Shown one piece after another: positions 1 through 11,681 of a DNA stretch of 64,000 nt; the first letter of the stretch is position 1, and every line of letters starts with the position of its first letter. The DNA comes from Centroscyllium fabricii (Eukaryota). Both the position numbers and the translations under genes were made by a program. The stretch lies in assembly GCA_051313645.2 (NCBI GenBank), contig JBNRSN020000008.1, forward strand, positions 94,240,001-94,304,000, in the 5' to 3' direction. Below the pieces are notes generated by a model, which did no database searches, had not been told where the DNA came from, and saw nothing but the letters and a program-made list of their open reading frames with translations.

Positions 1-129
1 GCGCAGATCATTCGCCGAAGCCACGATGGCGGCGGCCATCTTGCGCATGCGCAGTGCAGTCTGGGCAATTTGTGCCGGCAGACTGAAGCTGCCGGCTATT
101 CGGGACACGGATTTTCGGTGCACAACCTG
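1..129 (+). mobile_element. Tc1/pogo (Tigger-like) MITE, right end only (family M1)
   Basis: Ends in ...GGTGCACAACCTG|TA. The internal sequence aligns with the copies at 22039 and 48141. Confidence 0.8.
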
Positions 130-379
130 TACAAGGCAACCAGTTTCTCAGGTTAATGTTTCCTATGGGACAAAAAGAGCTCAACCATAGCTACAGCACA
201 TTTGTAAACTGATCAATCAAGCTATCAGACCAATAGCCTTTTTATGCTAATATCTTACTTCTGGAAGCTTGTTCTTTCTGTAAACCCTGGGCAATGCAAT
301 AGTTGAGCATATTATCCTTTCACTTTAAATCCAGCTAAGACCAAAGAGATGAAACTCTCTCCCTTCTGACTTTAAAAAA

Positions 380-1930
380 GTGAGAGGTCAAGTTGAAAAA
401 ACTATTAAAAAACCACATGGGATTCTAGGTTTTATAAACAGGGGTACAGAATGTAAAAAGATAGAATGCTAAATCTATGCAAATCATTCGTTAGATTGCA
501 GTGAGAATATTGCATTCAGGTTTGGGCACAATGGGTCAAATGTTGCGCTCCCCATGCGTGCGCAAGTGCCGGGTTTAGGTATGCGAAGTGCATGCACTAA
601 AACCCGGCACTTGCGATCTGTCAAGAACCTTCTTGCCTAGGAGGTGGGCCTCCGTGGGTGGAGAGTTGCGCTTTTTGTACAACATCCGCTCGCTGAAAGC
701 CCGTCAATTTTTTACGTCTGGTAAAAGCAGGTGCAATGCCTGCTTTTACTAGCATCAAGAGTTTTTTAAAAATAGAAAAATAAAATTTGATCCATAATTT
801 ATAAATTAAAAATGCTCTTAAAAATGTTAACTTTAATTTTAGTCCCGTAAAAATCTTCAATTATTTTTTTCAAAAAATTTAATTGGTTTAAAATAAGTCA
901 TTTTTAATTAATTTTAAATGTCACTTAAAAAAAGTTATTTAATGTTTGTGTTTTTAAATGTGATCTCCATTCATACTTTTGACAGTTCTGTGCGTACAGA
1001 GCGGTCAAAATTATGAAGAGGGATTCCCTTCTTTCATTGGTACACCTGGCCCACATGATCCCAGGGGCGCTTGCGAACCACACGCGTCCCTGGGATACCT
1101 GGGCCTCTGTGCATTTTGAAGAGCAGAGGCCCAGGATCGCAAGCCTCGGGATCTACGGAACCAGCAGGTAAGTTCGTAGATTTTTTTACGATCGGAGGCA
1201 TCGGCCCACAGGAAGCCTCAGATTGGAAATTCAGGGCCAATATTTTAGGATGGATGTTAAGACCATGGAAAGGGTACAGAAGAGATGCAGTAAGATGAGA
1301 GGAGAGGCTTTAGTTATGAGGAGAGACTGGAGCTCTTTTCATTAAAATAAAAAATATAATATAGGTGTTTAAAATTACAAGGAGAGATTTTGATGAAGGG
1401 GAAAATTATTTCTAGGTTTTATAAACAGGGGTACAGAATGTAAAAAGATAGAAGTAATGCTAAATCTATACAAATAATTAGTCAGGTTGCAGTGAGAATA
1501 TTGCGTTCAGTTTTGGGCACAATGGGCCGAATTTTGCGACCCCCATGCGTGCGTACACACCCGTATGGTCAGTTGGTAACGAGAATGACCGACATTTAAG
1601 ATCATCACCAAAAGAATGAAAGGAGAGGTTAGGAGATTTTTTTTGAATGCAAAGGGTTACGATAGGGAATGCTTACCAGAAATGTGCTGGAAGTAGAATT
1701 TAGAATCGCTAATAAAAGGGAAATTAGATAGAATTTAAAATTACATGGAATTTGCAGCATTGAAACAGGCCATTCGGCCCAACTGGTCCATGCCAGTGTG
1801 CATGCTCCACACAACCTCTAATTGAAAAAGGAAAAATTCAGAAAGCAATAGGGAAATGGGCAAGGGAATGGAATTAAGTGGACAGCTTTTTCCAGAGAGC
1901 TGGCACAGATGCGATGGACCAAATGATAAA
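380..1930 (+). mobile_element. Old CR1 LINE 3' portion, interrupted by a MITE (533-1238) and a templated duplicate (1410-1553)
   Basis: Degenerate CR1 C-terminal and 3' UTR sequence. The tail resumes at about 2933-2960 after a younger CR1 insertion. Confidence 0.65.
533..1238. mobile_element. MITE with GG-terminal TIRs and 3-bp TSD (Harbinger-like, family M2)
   Basis: aat|GGGTCAAATGTT ... AAATTCAGGGCC|aat, inserted into a CR1. Confidence 0.6.
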
Positions 1931-1931
1931 A

Positions 1932-2932
1932 ACATAGAAGATAGGAGCAGGAGTAGGCCATTCGGCCCTTCGAGGCTGCTCCGCCATTCAATGAGATCAT
2001 GGCTGATCTTTGGCTGAGATCATGGCTGATCTTTCAAGTTCAGTACCCCGTCCCCGCCTTCTCTCGGTAACCCTTAATCCCTTTAGCCTGAAGAAATATA
2101 TCCAATTCCCTCTGAAATATATTTAATGAACTGGCCTCCACTGCCCTCTGTGGCAAGGAATTCCACAGGCTCACCACTCTCTGGGTGAAGAAATTCTTCC
2201 TCATATCTGTCCTAAATGGTTTACCCTTATCCTTAGACTGTGGCCCCTGGTTCTGGACTCCCCCGCCATTGGAAACATTCTTTCTGAATCTAGCCTGTCT
2301 AGGCCTGTCAGAATTTTATATGTTTCGATGAGATCCCCTCTCAATCTTCTAAACTCCAGCGAGTACAAGCCCAAACTGCACAATCTCTCCTCGTAGGTCA
2401 TTCCTGCCATGCCAGGTATCATCCTGGTGAATCGCCGCTGCACTCCTTCCATGGCAAGAACATCCTTCCTCAGATGAGGCGACCAAAACTGTACACAATA
2501 CTCAAGGTGTGGTCTCACCAGTGCCTTGTACAGCTGTAGTAAGGTATCCTTATTCCTATACTCAAACCCTCTTGATATGAAGGCCAACATACCATTTGCC
2601 TTCTTAACTGCCTGTTGCACCTGCATGCTCGCCCTCAGTGACTGGTGCACAAGAACACCCAGGTCTCTCTGCACTTCCCCATCTCCCAATCCATTGCCAT
2701 TTAAATAATAATCTGCCCTCCTGTTTTTGCCCCCAAAGTGGATGACCTCACATTTATCCACATTATAGTGCATTTGCCATGTATCTGCCCATTCCCCCAA
2801 CTTGTCCAAATTGCACTGGAGCTTCCAGACATCCTCTTCAGAGCCGACCCCCCCTCCTAGTTTAGTGTCGTCTGCAAATTTGGAGATGTTGCATACAATT
2901 CCCTGGTCCAGATCATTAATATATATTGTGAT
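1932..2932 (-). mobile_element. Young 5'-truncated CR1 LINE (RT C-terminus and 3' UTR)
   Basis: ORF 2201..2935 with IYINDL, SKFADDTK and LVRPHLEYCVQFW, followed by a CR1 3' tail (ttctatg). Confidence 0.93.
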
Positions 2933-3306
2933 CATCTACTGTGCTGTAAAATTCTAGGATTTTACCATCAGCTGCAACCCAATGTAGTGGGCATGAACTC
3001 ATATCAAAATGTCTAACTGTTCCAGAATTGCTAGTGAGAAAAAATGGAAAAAACATTAATGCAGATGTTGCTCCTTTGAGGTCAGGGAATCACATTGTTG
3101 GGGAAGAGTGCAAGGGAGCTTCAGTCCATATCTGGATGTACAAAAGCTGAGTTACGACTGCTTGATAATGAAATAGTGCCCCTCCCCACCCATCCACCAA
3201 GATGGAAAAAGTGCTATATTTCATAAAAATGACACCACTCACTGGAACACAAAAGTGTACATTTTTATTGATAATTAATTATATATTTAGATAATTTTGG
3301 ACCTAC

Positions 3307-3480
3307 CTTCCAGTTTCCCGCAGATAAGTTCTGTAGAGATCCTGCAGATCCTTCCAGCGTAGCTGGGTTTGAACTTTCAGCAAGCAGTGTGAGATATGGT
3401 TTCACTATTGATGGATGCCACAACATTTCAACTCCCTTGGGGGATTTAGAAAATCCAGGGATTGGACCTACTCCATCCCA
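3307..3480 (-). CDS. PKP4: Plakophilin-4 coding exon K (about human exon 15), last exon in window
   Basis: Boundaries tttcag|TGG and AAG|gtaggt; 174 nt, phase 0-0. Encodes [58 protein letters not shown]. Confidence 0.96.
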
Positions 3481-3518
3481 CTGAAAATAAAAAAGTACAA
3501 CTTAAAAGCAGCAGGATA

Positions 3519-3880
3519 CATAGAAACATAGAAGATAGGAGCAGGAGTAGGCCGTTCGGCCCCTCGAGCCTGCTCCGCCATTCAATGAGATCATGGCTGA
3601 TCATCCAAACTCAGTACCCTGTCCCTGCCTTCTCCCCGTATCCCTTGATCCCTCTAGCCTTAAGAAATACATCCAGCTCCTTCTTGAATATATTCAATGT
3701 ACTAGCCTCCACCGCCCTCTGTGGTAGAGAATTCCACAGGTTCACCACTCTGGGTGAAGAGATTCCTCCTCATCTCTGTCCTAAATGAGTTACCCCTTAT
3801 CCTCAGACTATGACCCCTGGTTCTGGACTCTCCGACCATCGGGAACATTCTTCCTGTATCAAGTTGGTCCAGACCAGTAG
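3519..3880 (-). mobile_element. CR1 LINE 3' end fragment
   Basis: Same 3' UTR and (ttctatg)n tail as the neighbouring CR1 copies. The tail ends about 38 nt from the exon K acceptor. Confidence 0.88.
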
Positions 3881-4530
3881 GATACCTATAAATTACGTTC
3901 TAATCAATTGAAAGTCACTTAATTCAGTTATCTAATACTGTATCATGCCACTTGGCTATGTTATTTACATTGTTTAATTCAAATTATTGACTAATTCAAA
4001 TTATTGACTAATTCGATCATTTTTAAGTGCAAAAAAATGACTTGAGCCCTCAGGAATAGACTGTAGTTGAAATCAGCAACACACAAGTCTACCTAAGCCT
4101 CTCAATGAAAAGTCACCTTTGGCGTGAAAAATTAAAAATGTCAGATTTGCAAAACGTTAGATAATCTACTGTAGTTGTCCACTGCTCCTCCTATAAAGCT
4201 TCTTGTGACACTGTCAAAGAACAAAGTTGCATTTATATAATGTTTTTTTATGACCTCAGGATGTTCCAAAGTACTTCACAGTCAATGAAGTACTTTTGAA
4301 GTAGAGTCACAGTTATCATGCAGGAAAACGCCACAGCAAATTTGCGCACATTAAGATCCCAGGTAATCTCTTTTAGCGACATTGAGTCTACAACACAGAA
4401 ACAGGTCATGCTGCCCAACTAGTCTATGCTGCCGTTTATGCACCAAGTGAGCCTCCTCCCACTCCGGACTTCATCTAACCCCCATCAGCATACCCTTCTC
4501 TTTCATGTGTTCATCTAGTTCCCCCTTAAA

Positions 4531-5406
4531 GCTACAGGGCGATTTGGATAAGTTGGGGGACTGGGCAGATAGATGGCAGATGCACTATAATGTGGATAAA
4601 TGTGAGGTTATCCACTTTGGGGGCAAAAACAGGAGGGCAGATTACTACTTAAATGGCAGTAGATTGGGAGATGGGGAGGTGCAGAGAGACCTAGGTGTTC
4701 TTGTACACCAGTCGCTGAAGGCGAGCACGCAGGTGCAGCAGGCGGTTGGGAAGGCAAATGGTATGTTGGCCTTCATATCAAGAGGGTTCGAGAATCGGAA
4801 TAAGGATACCTTACTGCAGCTGTACAAGGCACTGGTGAGACCACACCTCGAGTATTGTGTACAGTTCTGGTTGCCTCGCCTGAGGAAGGATGTTCTTGCC
4901 ATGGAAGGAGTGCAGCGGCGTTTCACCAGGCTGATTCCTGGAATGGCAGGAATGACCTACGAGGAGAGATTGTGTAGTCTGGGCTTGTACTCGTTGGAGT
5001 TTAGAAGATTGAGAGGCGATCTCATTGAGACGTATAAAATTCTGAAAGGTCTGGACAGGCTAGATTCAGAGAGAATGTTTCCAATGACGGGGGAGTCCAG
5101 AACCAGGGGCCACAGTCTAAGGATAAGGGGTAAACCATTTAGGACAGACATGAGGAAGAATTTCTTCACTCAGAGTGGTGGGCCTGTGGAATTCCCTGCC
5201 ACAGAGGGCAGTGGAGGCCAGTTCATTAAATATATTCAAGAGGGAATTGGATATATTTCTTCAAGCTAAAGGGGTTAAAGGTTATGGAGAAAAGGCGGGG
5301 ACGGGGTACTAGCTTGCTAAAGATCAGCCATGATCTCATTGAATGGCGGAGCAGGCTCGAAGGGCTGAATGGCCTACTCCTGCTCCTATCTTCTATGATT
5401 CTATGA
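4531..5406 (+). mobile_element. Young 5'-truncated CR1 LINE inserted into an older minus-strand CR1 (about 4390-4530 and 5407-6040)
   Basis: ORF 4505..5269 with CR1 RT C-terminus; tail ttctatgattctatg. The host CR1 sequence cccttaaa|tgcatct is split by the insertion. Confidence 0.92.
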
Positions 5407-6590
5407 AATGCATCTCTGCTATTTGCCTCAAAATACTCCTTATGGGAGCACATTCCACATTCCACATTCTTGGGTAAAGACATTTCTCCTGAATTCCCTA
5501 TTGGATTTATCAGTGACTCGCTTATATTTATGCAGTCTAGTTTTGGACTCCTCCACAAGTGTATAAACATTTTCTCTACATCTACCCTATCAAACCCTTT
5601 CAGTATCTTGAAAACCACTTATTACGTCACCAATCAGATTTATCTGAGAGAAAGAGCCCTAGTCTGTACAGCCATTCCTAATAAGTGTATTCACTCAGCT
5701 CTGGTATCTGCTTTTCAATTCTATTCCTCTAGAAATGAACCCCAGTGCTTGGTTTGCCTTTTTTTATGGCCGTATTAACCTGTGTCGCTACTTTTAGTGA
5801 TTTGTCATCGTGTTCCTCTAGATCCCTTTGCTACTCTAGCCCATTTAGCAGTGTGTGGCCTCTTTATTCTTCCTACTAAAATGCACCACCTCCCACTGAT
5901 CTATATTTAAATTAATTTGCCAATTACACACCCAATTACAATTCTGCAAGTTTATTGATGTTCTTTTGTATTTTGTTGAGTTTGTCCTTTGTGTGAACTA
6001 CAACCCCCAATTTGGATCTTCCACAAATTTTGAAGTTGTACTTATTATAAATAATGCCTGCCTGTGGCAGGTGCCCCCAACACTGCGTTAAACTTCGAAG
6101 TTAAATTATTGGCAGGAAGGGCATGTCGAGAAAGGAGGGAAGTACTCTTACCCATTTGACCCCCACCCCGCCAACCCCTTTCTCATCGGCGTGATGTTAA
6201 AATCGGGCCTTAAAATTTCCTAGGTCAGTTTTGTCACCTTTTTTGGAATATGGGTACTATGTGAACCTATTTCCAAATCAATTGAACCTCCTGAAATGGT
6301 TGACTTGCGAATGAACATCAAGAATTTGCAAATTTTGTCCTGTGGCTCTCAATACCCTGGGATAAATACTAACCAACTTGTGGATTTTTAATTATTTTTT
6401 TTTGGAGCCCTTTAGTCCAGTCTGGGGCCTCGATTTATTGATGTTCAAGTTGTTAAACCCAACTTGGATTAACTATATTCTCTGGTGAATACATCAATCA
6501 GAATATTGATAATGTAGGCTTGCAAACTTTATATTCTCCATTGAATACTTCAATCATGCAGTATAGTGACTATTTTATGTTCACATTCAG

Positions 6591-6897
6591 GGAGGCACGG
6601 TGGCATAGTGGTTAGCACTGTTGCTGCACAGCGCTAGGGGCCTGGGTTCAAATCCGGCCTCGGGTACTCTCTGTGTGGAGTTTGCACATTCTCCTCGTGT
6701 CTGCGTGGGTTTCCTCCGGGTGCTCCAGTTTCCTCCCACAGTCCAAAGATGTGTGGGTTAGGTTGATTGGCCATGATAAATTGACCCTTAGTGTTAGGGG
6801 GATTAAATATGTGGGGTTACGGGGATAGGGTGGGATATGTGTCGGTGCAGGCTCGATGGGCCGAAATGGCCTCTATCTGCACTGTAGAGATTCTATG
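6591..6897 (+). mobile_element. HE1 SINE (elasmobranch tRNA-derived V-SINE), full length
   Basis: A-box TGGCATAGTGG, B-box GGTTCAAATCC, V-domain GTGGAGTTTGCACATTCTCC...CCCACAGTCCAAAGA, CR1-type tail, and TSD attcag (6585-6590, 6898-6903). Confidence 0.9.
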
Positions 6898-7053
6898 ATT
6901 CAGTTTGAGTCTTGTTAGCATTCTTTAAGGTCATCGCCTCTCCCTTCAATTTGTTTCATTATCCATTAGTTTTTTGGGCGATTCATCTCCCATGAGACTA
7001 CAAACAGAGCTCAAAATTACATCACACGGTTTCAGTGAATAGCAAACTTTTAC

Positions 7054-7245
7054 CTGATCTTCCTGTGGTTCTTTTTTCTTCTTTTTTTTCTTCTTACCCC
7101 AGCAACCAGTCTCAGCGTCTTTATTGGGAGAGTCACTACCAAGTAATCCATCAAGTTCACTTGTTCCCATCAGACGAGCTTGTGGAACCTCTAGCTCTAA
7201 GCGATAAGACAGGTTTCTCAGGATGCAAACGCAGTTTTCAACCGT
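7054..7245 (-). CDS. PKP4: Plakophilin-4 coding exon J (about human exon 14), ARM insert with polybasic loop
   Basis: Boundaries ttttag|ACG and CAG|gtaaaa; 192 nt, phase 0-0. Encodes [25 protein letters not shown]...[18 protein letters not shown]. Confidence 0.96.
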
Positions 7246-7341
7246 CTAAAATGACAAACATAATTAGAATGTCACTTATAGCTGTTGTATTTTAATGAGC
7301 ATGGTAACATTTTCAACAACATTAACACAGTAAAGCATACT

Positions 7342-7478
7342 GTTCAAATCCGGCCTCGGGTACTCTCTGTGTGGAGTTTGCACATTCTCCTCGTGTCTGC
7401 GTGGGTTTCCTCCGGGTGCTCCGGTTTCCTCCCACAGTCCAAAGATGTGTGGGTTAGGTTGATTGGCCATGATAAATT
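7342..7478 (+). mobile_element. Internal HE1 SINE fragment, near-identical to 6646-6782
   Basis: 137 bp with one difference from the upstream copy. It lacks both head and tail. Confidence 0.9.
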
Positions 7479-8389
7479 AGAGGGCCCACACTCAAATCTC
7501 AGTCCTGACTTTTGAACTTGGCTACCCTTCAAGGACAAGCTTTGCTGTTTTAGTTGGGATAGCAGTTGGAGCATCCCATGCAAACGCAGTACTCCACCGT
7601 AGTGCAGGGATCACAAAATAGTAAAGGGACCTTTCCCGCCGTACAAAGTTAATCTTGCATCTGCCAATATGAAGTGGTGCTGATGGTATGTGAAAGTTAA
7701 GCCTACCCTCCTTCAGTCAGGGGATAAACAAGCATCAAACAGTGGGGAACCAAGGGGCTAGTAAGAGTGAAAGTGGAGTTGAGGTCGATGATCAGCCATG
7801 ATCTTATTGAATGACGGAGCAGGCTCGACGGGCCATGTGGCCTACTCCTGCTCCTAATTCTTATGTTCATCATCACTGTAGCAGGTTGAGAACCCTATGG
7901 GCGCGATCTTGCCAGCCCTGGGGAGGCAGGACTGCCAGGAAAATGCACCCGTCCCCAACCCGCCTCCGTGCCACCTTGCCAGGAGGTGGGTAGCCAACCC
8001 GCACCGGGAAGGGGATTGGTGCCACTTATCTGCCTGTTAACAGGCAGATAAGAGGGTCACAGAGGCGAGCAGTGGGTCGGAGGGGTGCAAAAATGCACTG
8101 TAGAAGTAAGTGACGGGTGCAAGTGTGGAGAGGTGAGTATCGGAGGTAAGTGGAAAGTGTTAGTAAAAGTTTACTTACCTTTGTTTCTTCCTGCAGGCTT
8201 CAAGACTTGGGTATGCGGACAGTCTTGCACCTCTGCGGCAGAGATGACAGATGGCCGCTGCATTCTCCAATGCAGCAACCATTTAATTTCTGCTAAAGGA
8301 GGTTTGATGAGTCTTGAATTCAAGAACTCATCAAACTACAGAGAATGTCAGTGTTTGACAGCTTCACAGAAGTCTGTTAAAAAGCATCT

Positions 8390-9020
8390 GATATCCTTGG
8401 CTTTATTAATAGAGGAATAGAGTACTAAAGCAAGGAATTTATGCTAAACCTTTTTAAAACACTGGTTAGGCCTCAGCTGGAGTATTATGCTCAATTCTGA
8501 GCCCCACACTTTAGGAAGGATGTCAAGGCCTTACAGAGGGTGACAGAAGAAATTTACTAGAATGGTATCAGAGATGAGGGATTTGGAGACCTCGGAGAAG
8601 CTGCCATGTTTTTTATACCTTCAAGCAGAGAAGGTGAAGAAGAGATTTGATAGGTGTTCAAAATCATGAACCATTTTGATAGAGTAAACAAGGAGAAACT
8701 GTTTTCAGTGGCAGAAGAGTCAATAACCAGAGGACACAGATATAAGGTGATTGGCAAAAGAACCAGAGGCGACATGAGGAAACATTTGTTTTTAAACACC
8801 GAGTTATGATGATCTGGAATGCATGGCCGGAAAGCGCGGTGGAAGCAGATTCAAATTTTTTATTTTTTTAAAATTGGATAAATACACAAAGGGAAAAAAT
8901 TTACAGGGCTGTGGGAAAAGAGCAGGAGTGTGGGACTAATTCAACAGCTCGATCAAAAAGCCGGCACAAGCACGATTGGCTTAATGATCTCCTTCTGTGC
9001 TGTATCATTCTATGATTCTA
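8390..9020 (+). mobile_element. Older CR1 LINE 3' end
   Basis: Degenerate ctggttaggcctcagctggagtat...aaccagaggacacag...cattctatgattcta. Confidence 0.8.
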
Positions 9021-9296
9021 CCATGCCTCTCAGAAATGCTTTACATACACTGATTGCTGCTGGTGCCCGTGAAACCAGATTAACAAAACTTAGTGCCTTT
9101 AGGAGAGAAAAGAAGTGACTAGGAGGGAAAACTGGGAACTAAAAAAACTCGTGCTTTAAACAATAAATTTCTTTTCAAGTTCAGTGACTCTTGTGCAAGA
9201 ATTATACAGTACTTATAGAATCAAATTAAGAGTAAAACCAAGATTAATGCAACAAAGTACAACAAACATCCTGACCAGTAAGCAGAAATCACAAAC

Positions 9297-9414
9297 CTTG
9301 CTATCATAATCTGCAGTGTTAACGCACATCTGGATTACATGTAGTAAGGAATCCACCAATCCCTCACAAGATCGGATCTTCTTTCGAGCCTCTTCACCCG
9401 CAGAGCTAAGATTT
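9297..9414 (-). CDS. PKP4: Plakophilin-4 coding exon I (about human exon 13), ARM repeats
   Basis: Boundaries ttgcag|A and AAG|gtttgt; 118 nt, phase 2-0. Encodes NLSSAGEEARKKIRSCEGLVDSLLHVIQMCVNTADYDSK. Confidence 0.96.
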
Positions 9415-9814
9415 CTGCAACGTGACAAACTTGTTAAAATATATCTCGCCAACACATTCAAGTACATATATAAACAGTTCATTTAATTAAACATAATGAA
9501 ACTAGACAGACATAGCAGTCCCTGTTTTTTCTCATACATGAAAAACAGCCACTTGCGCAAGGCATTAGATGTCCATGAAACCATGAGTTAACAATGAGCG
9601 AAAGTTGGCACAGAAAGTGAGTGGGGAAAAAATATGGAACAATTTAAAACTAAGTTATTTCAGCTTATTAAGTAAAAACAATTATTTGAAAATACTCAAT
9701 TCTTGATTTTAAACATGTAATATTTAACACTACATTTAGTTCTATGGCTTCAATCCTTCAATATACTCGTTTAGCTAGGACCATTGTGTTGATGAGGATA
9801 ATTTATTTACTTAC

Positions 9815-9995
9815 CTCAGACATCCAGTAGTATTTCGTAGTACTAATGAAGTATGGAATTTCACTTTCCTGTCTTCATCAAAAGAACTGCTCCATCCAGA
9901 ATGAGGTATCACCACACTATTTGTGAGAGTTGTTAGAGCATCACGAATGATTGGCATCTTCACTGCATCACACGAAGACAAGTTCCAGAGGACTC
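9815..9995 (-). CDS. PKP4: Plakophilin-4 coding exon H (about human exon 12), ARM repeats
   Basis: Boundaries ttttag|GA and GAG|gtaagt; 181 nt, phase 1-2. Encodes [20 protein letters not shown]...[10 protein letters not shown](R). Confidence 0.96.
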
Positions 9996-10319
9996 CTAAA
10001 AGAAAACCATTGAAGTGCACACTCATTTCCCAGTAGCTATTTGCTTAACAACTGCAGAGCTTGTTTCTCAAGAGTAACATATTCAATTCCTCAAAATTGG
10101 TTTGGGTGGGGTGGAGAGCATATATTTGTGCAGGACAGGCTGGATGGACTGGAGGATCTTTTCCTGTCTGTCATTGTTTGTTTGTAAACTAGTTACAACT
10201 GACAGAAACTGGGGTAGAATTTCTGTGGTGCTTCCCTGATCATCCACCATAGCGGAGGTGAAAACATTGGATAAATGGATTAAATGACTAGTTATGCCAT
10301 TTCTCCAAGGTATCTGCTG

Positions 10320-10655
10320 CAGTTATGGTGGATAACACTCGAAGCCTCCTTGAAAAGGTGCAACATCCTCACCGACACCTGGGAATCCCTGGCCCAAGAC
10401 CGCACAAAGTGGAGGAGAAGCACCCGGGAAGGCGCCGAACACCGAGTCTCTTCGCTGGGAGAAAGCGGAAGCCAAGTGCAAGAAGCGCACGTCAACCTAA
10501 GCACCCCACCCATCTGTCCCTTCAACCACTGTCTGCCCCACCTGTGACAGAGGCTGTAGGTTCCGCAATGGACTCATCAGTCACCTGAGAACTCATTTTT
10601 AATGTGGAAGCAAGTCATTCTCAGTTCACAGGGACTGCCTAAGGAGAAGGAGATT
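10320..10655 (+). mobile_element. RTE-clade LINE 3' end
   Basis: Encodes TLEASLKRCNILTDTWESLAQDRTKWRR and a degenerate C-x2-C...GLISHLRTH zinc finger, followed by a short 3' UTR and an (aag/gag) tail. Confidence 0.75.
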
Positions 10656-11220
10656 AGGAGAACCCCAGTGGAAGAACCCCAGTGGAAATTACTGGCAATT
10701 AAATTGAAGTAAAATTTCAAAATTTAAATTTGTTATCTCTTTCTTTACAAAGCTGAAAGTAACAGAGTTCACAGTTAAACTGTTACTTTTTGATGTTTGA
10801 AAGCTGGGATTTCAGATAATCCCTTCAGCTACTCAACACATGTAACCTCAAGAAAATTTAGCAGACATTCTTAAAACTCTTAATACACAATAGAGGTGAA
10901 ATATCTGTTGGCAACAACTACCAGAATAGCCAGGATTAACAAAATAGTAAATCCTAAATCCCATGTTGTTCTCATGCCAACTTTTTAATTAAAATTGTAA
11001 AAAGGATGAGTTGCAAATCCTAGGTTAAAGGTTCATTTTTAGATTTCTGGGTTAGATTCCTCCACGTTGTGATCCATCTTAAATGTCACTAGGTTTTTGG
11101 ACTGCAATAAGACCTGCCTCTGTCTAGTAATAGGAGCAATCACTCACTCTAACCTTTTGTCCTTGGTAGTAACATACAACTTAGTCACACAGTTTGAAGC
11201 CCAGGTAGCCACATCAGTTA

Positions 11221-11681
11221 AAAGACTGGCATTTATATAGCGCCTTCCACGACCACCAGATATCTCAAAGCGCTTTACAGCCAATGAACTATTTTTGGAG
11301 TGTAGTCACTGTTGTAATGTGGGAAACGTGGCAGCCAATTTGCACACAGCAAGCTCCCACAAATAGCAATGTGATAATGACCAGATAATCTGTTTTTGTT
11401 ACTTTGATTGAGGGATAAATATTAGCCAGGACACCAGGGATAACTCCCCTGCTCTTCTTCGAAATAGTGCCATGGGATCTTTTACGTCCACCTGAGAGAG
11501 CAGACAGGGCCTCGGTTTAATGTCTGATCCGAAAGATGGCACCTCCGACAGTGCAGCACTTCCTCAGCACTGCACTAGAGTGTCAGTCTAGATTTATGTG
11601 CTCAAGCCCCTGGAGTGGGGCTTGAACCCACAACCTTCTGATTCAGAGGCGAGTGTGCTACCCACTGAACCACAGCTGACA
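11221..11681 (-). mobile_element. SacSINE1-type (DeuSINE) tRNA-derived SINE
   Basis: Minus-strand head gtcagctgtggttcagtgggtagc...gggttcaagcccca and L2-like tail ggcgctatataaatgccagtcttt. Homologous to 32085 and 37163. Confidence 0.8.

Noticed and set aside
3976-4014. Short tandem duplications (17 bp here; also about 1992-2034, 10660-10687 and 57401-57444)
   Set aside because: These are ordinary replication-slippage duplications.
6591-6665. tRNA-like A/B boxes (also at 11620-11680, 29495, 32085, 37560-37627 and 39690-39760)
   Set aside because: These are SINE heads that continue into SINE bodies, not tRNA genes.
8135-8200. Strong splice-like motifs (ggtgagt, ggtaagt, cttacc, ctgcag) inside MITE sequence
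   Set aside because: They lie within a repeat, and no in-frame exon is needed because exons I and J already join in phase.
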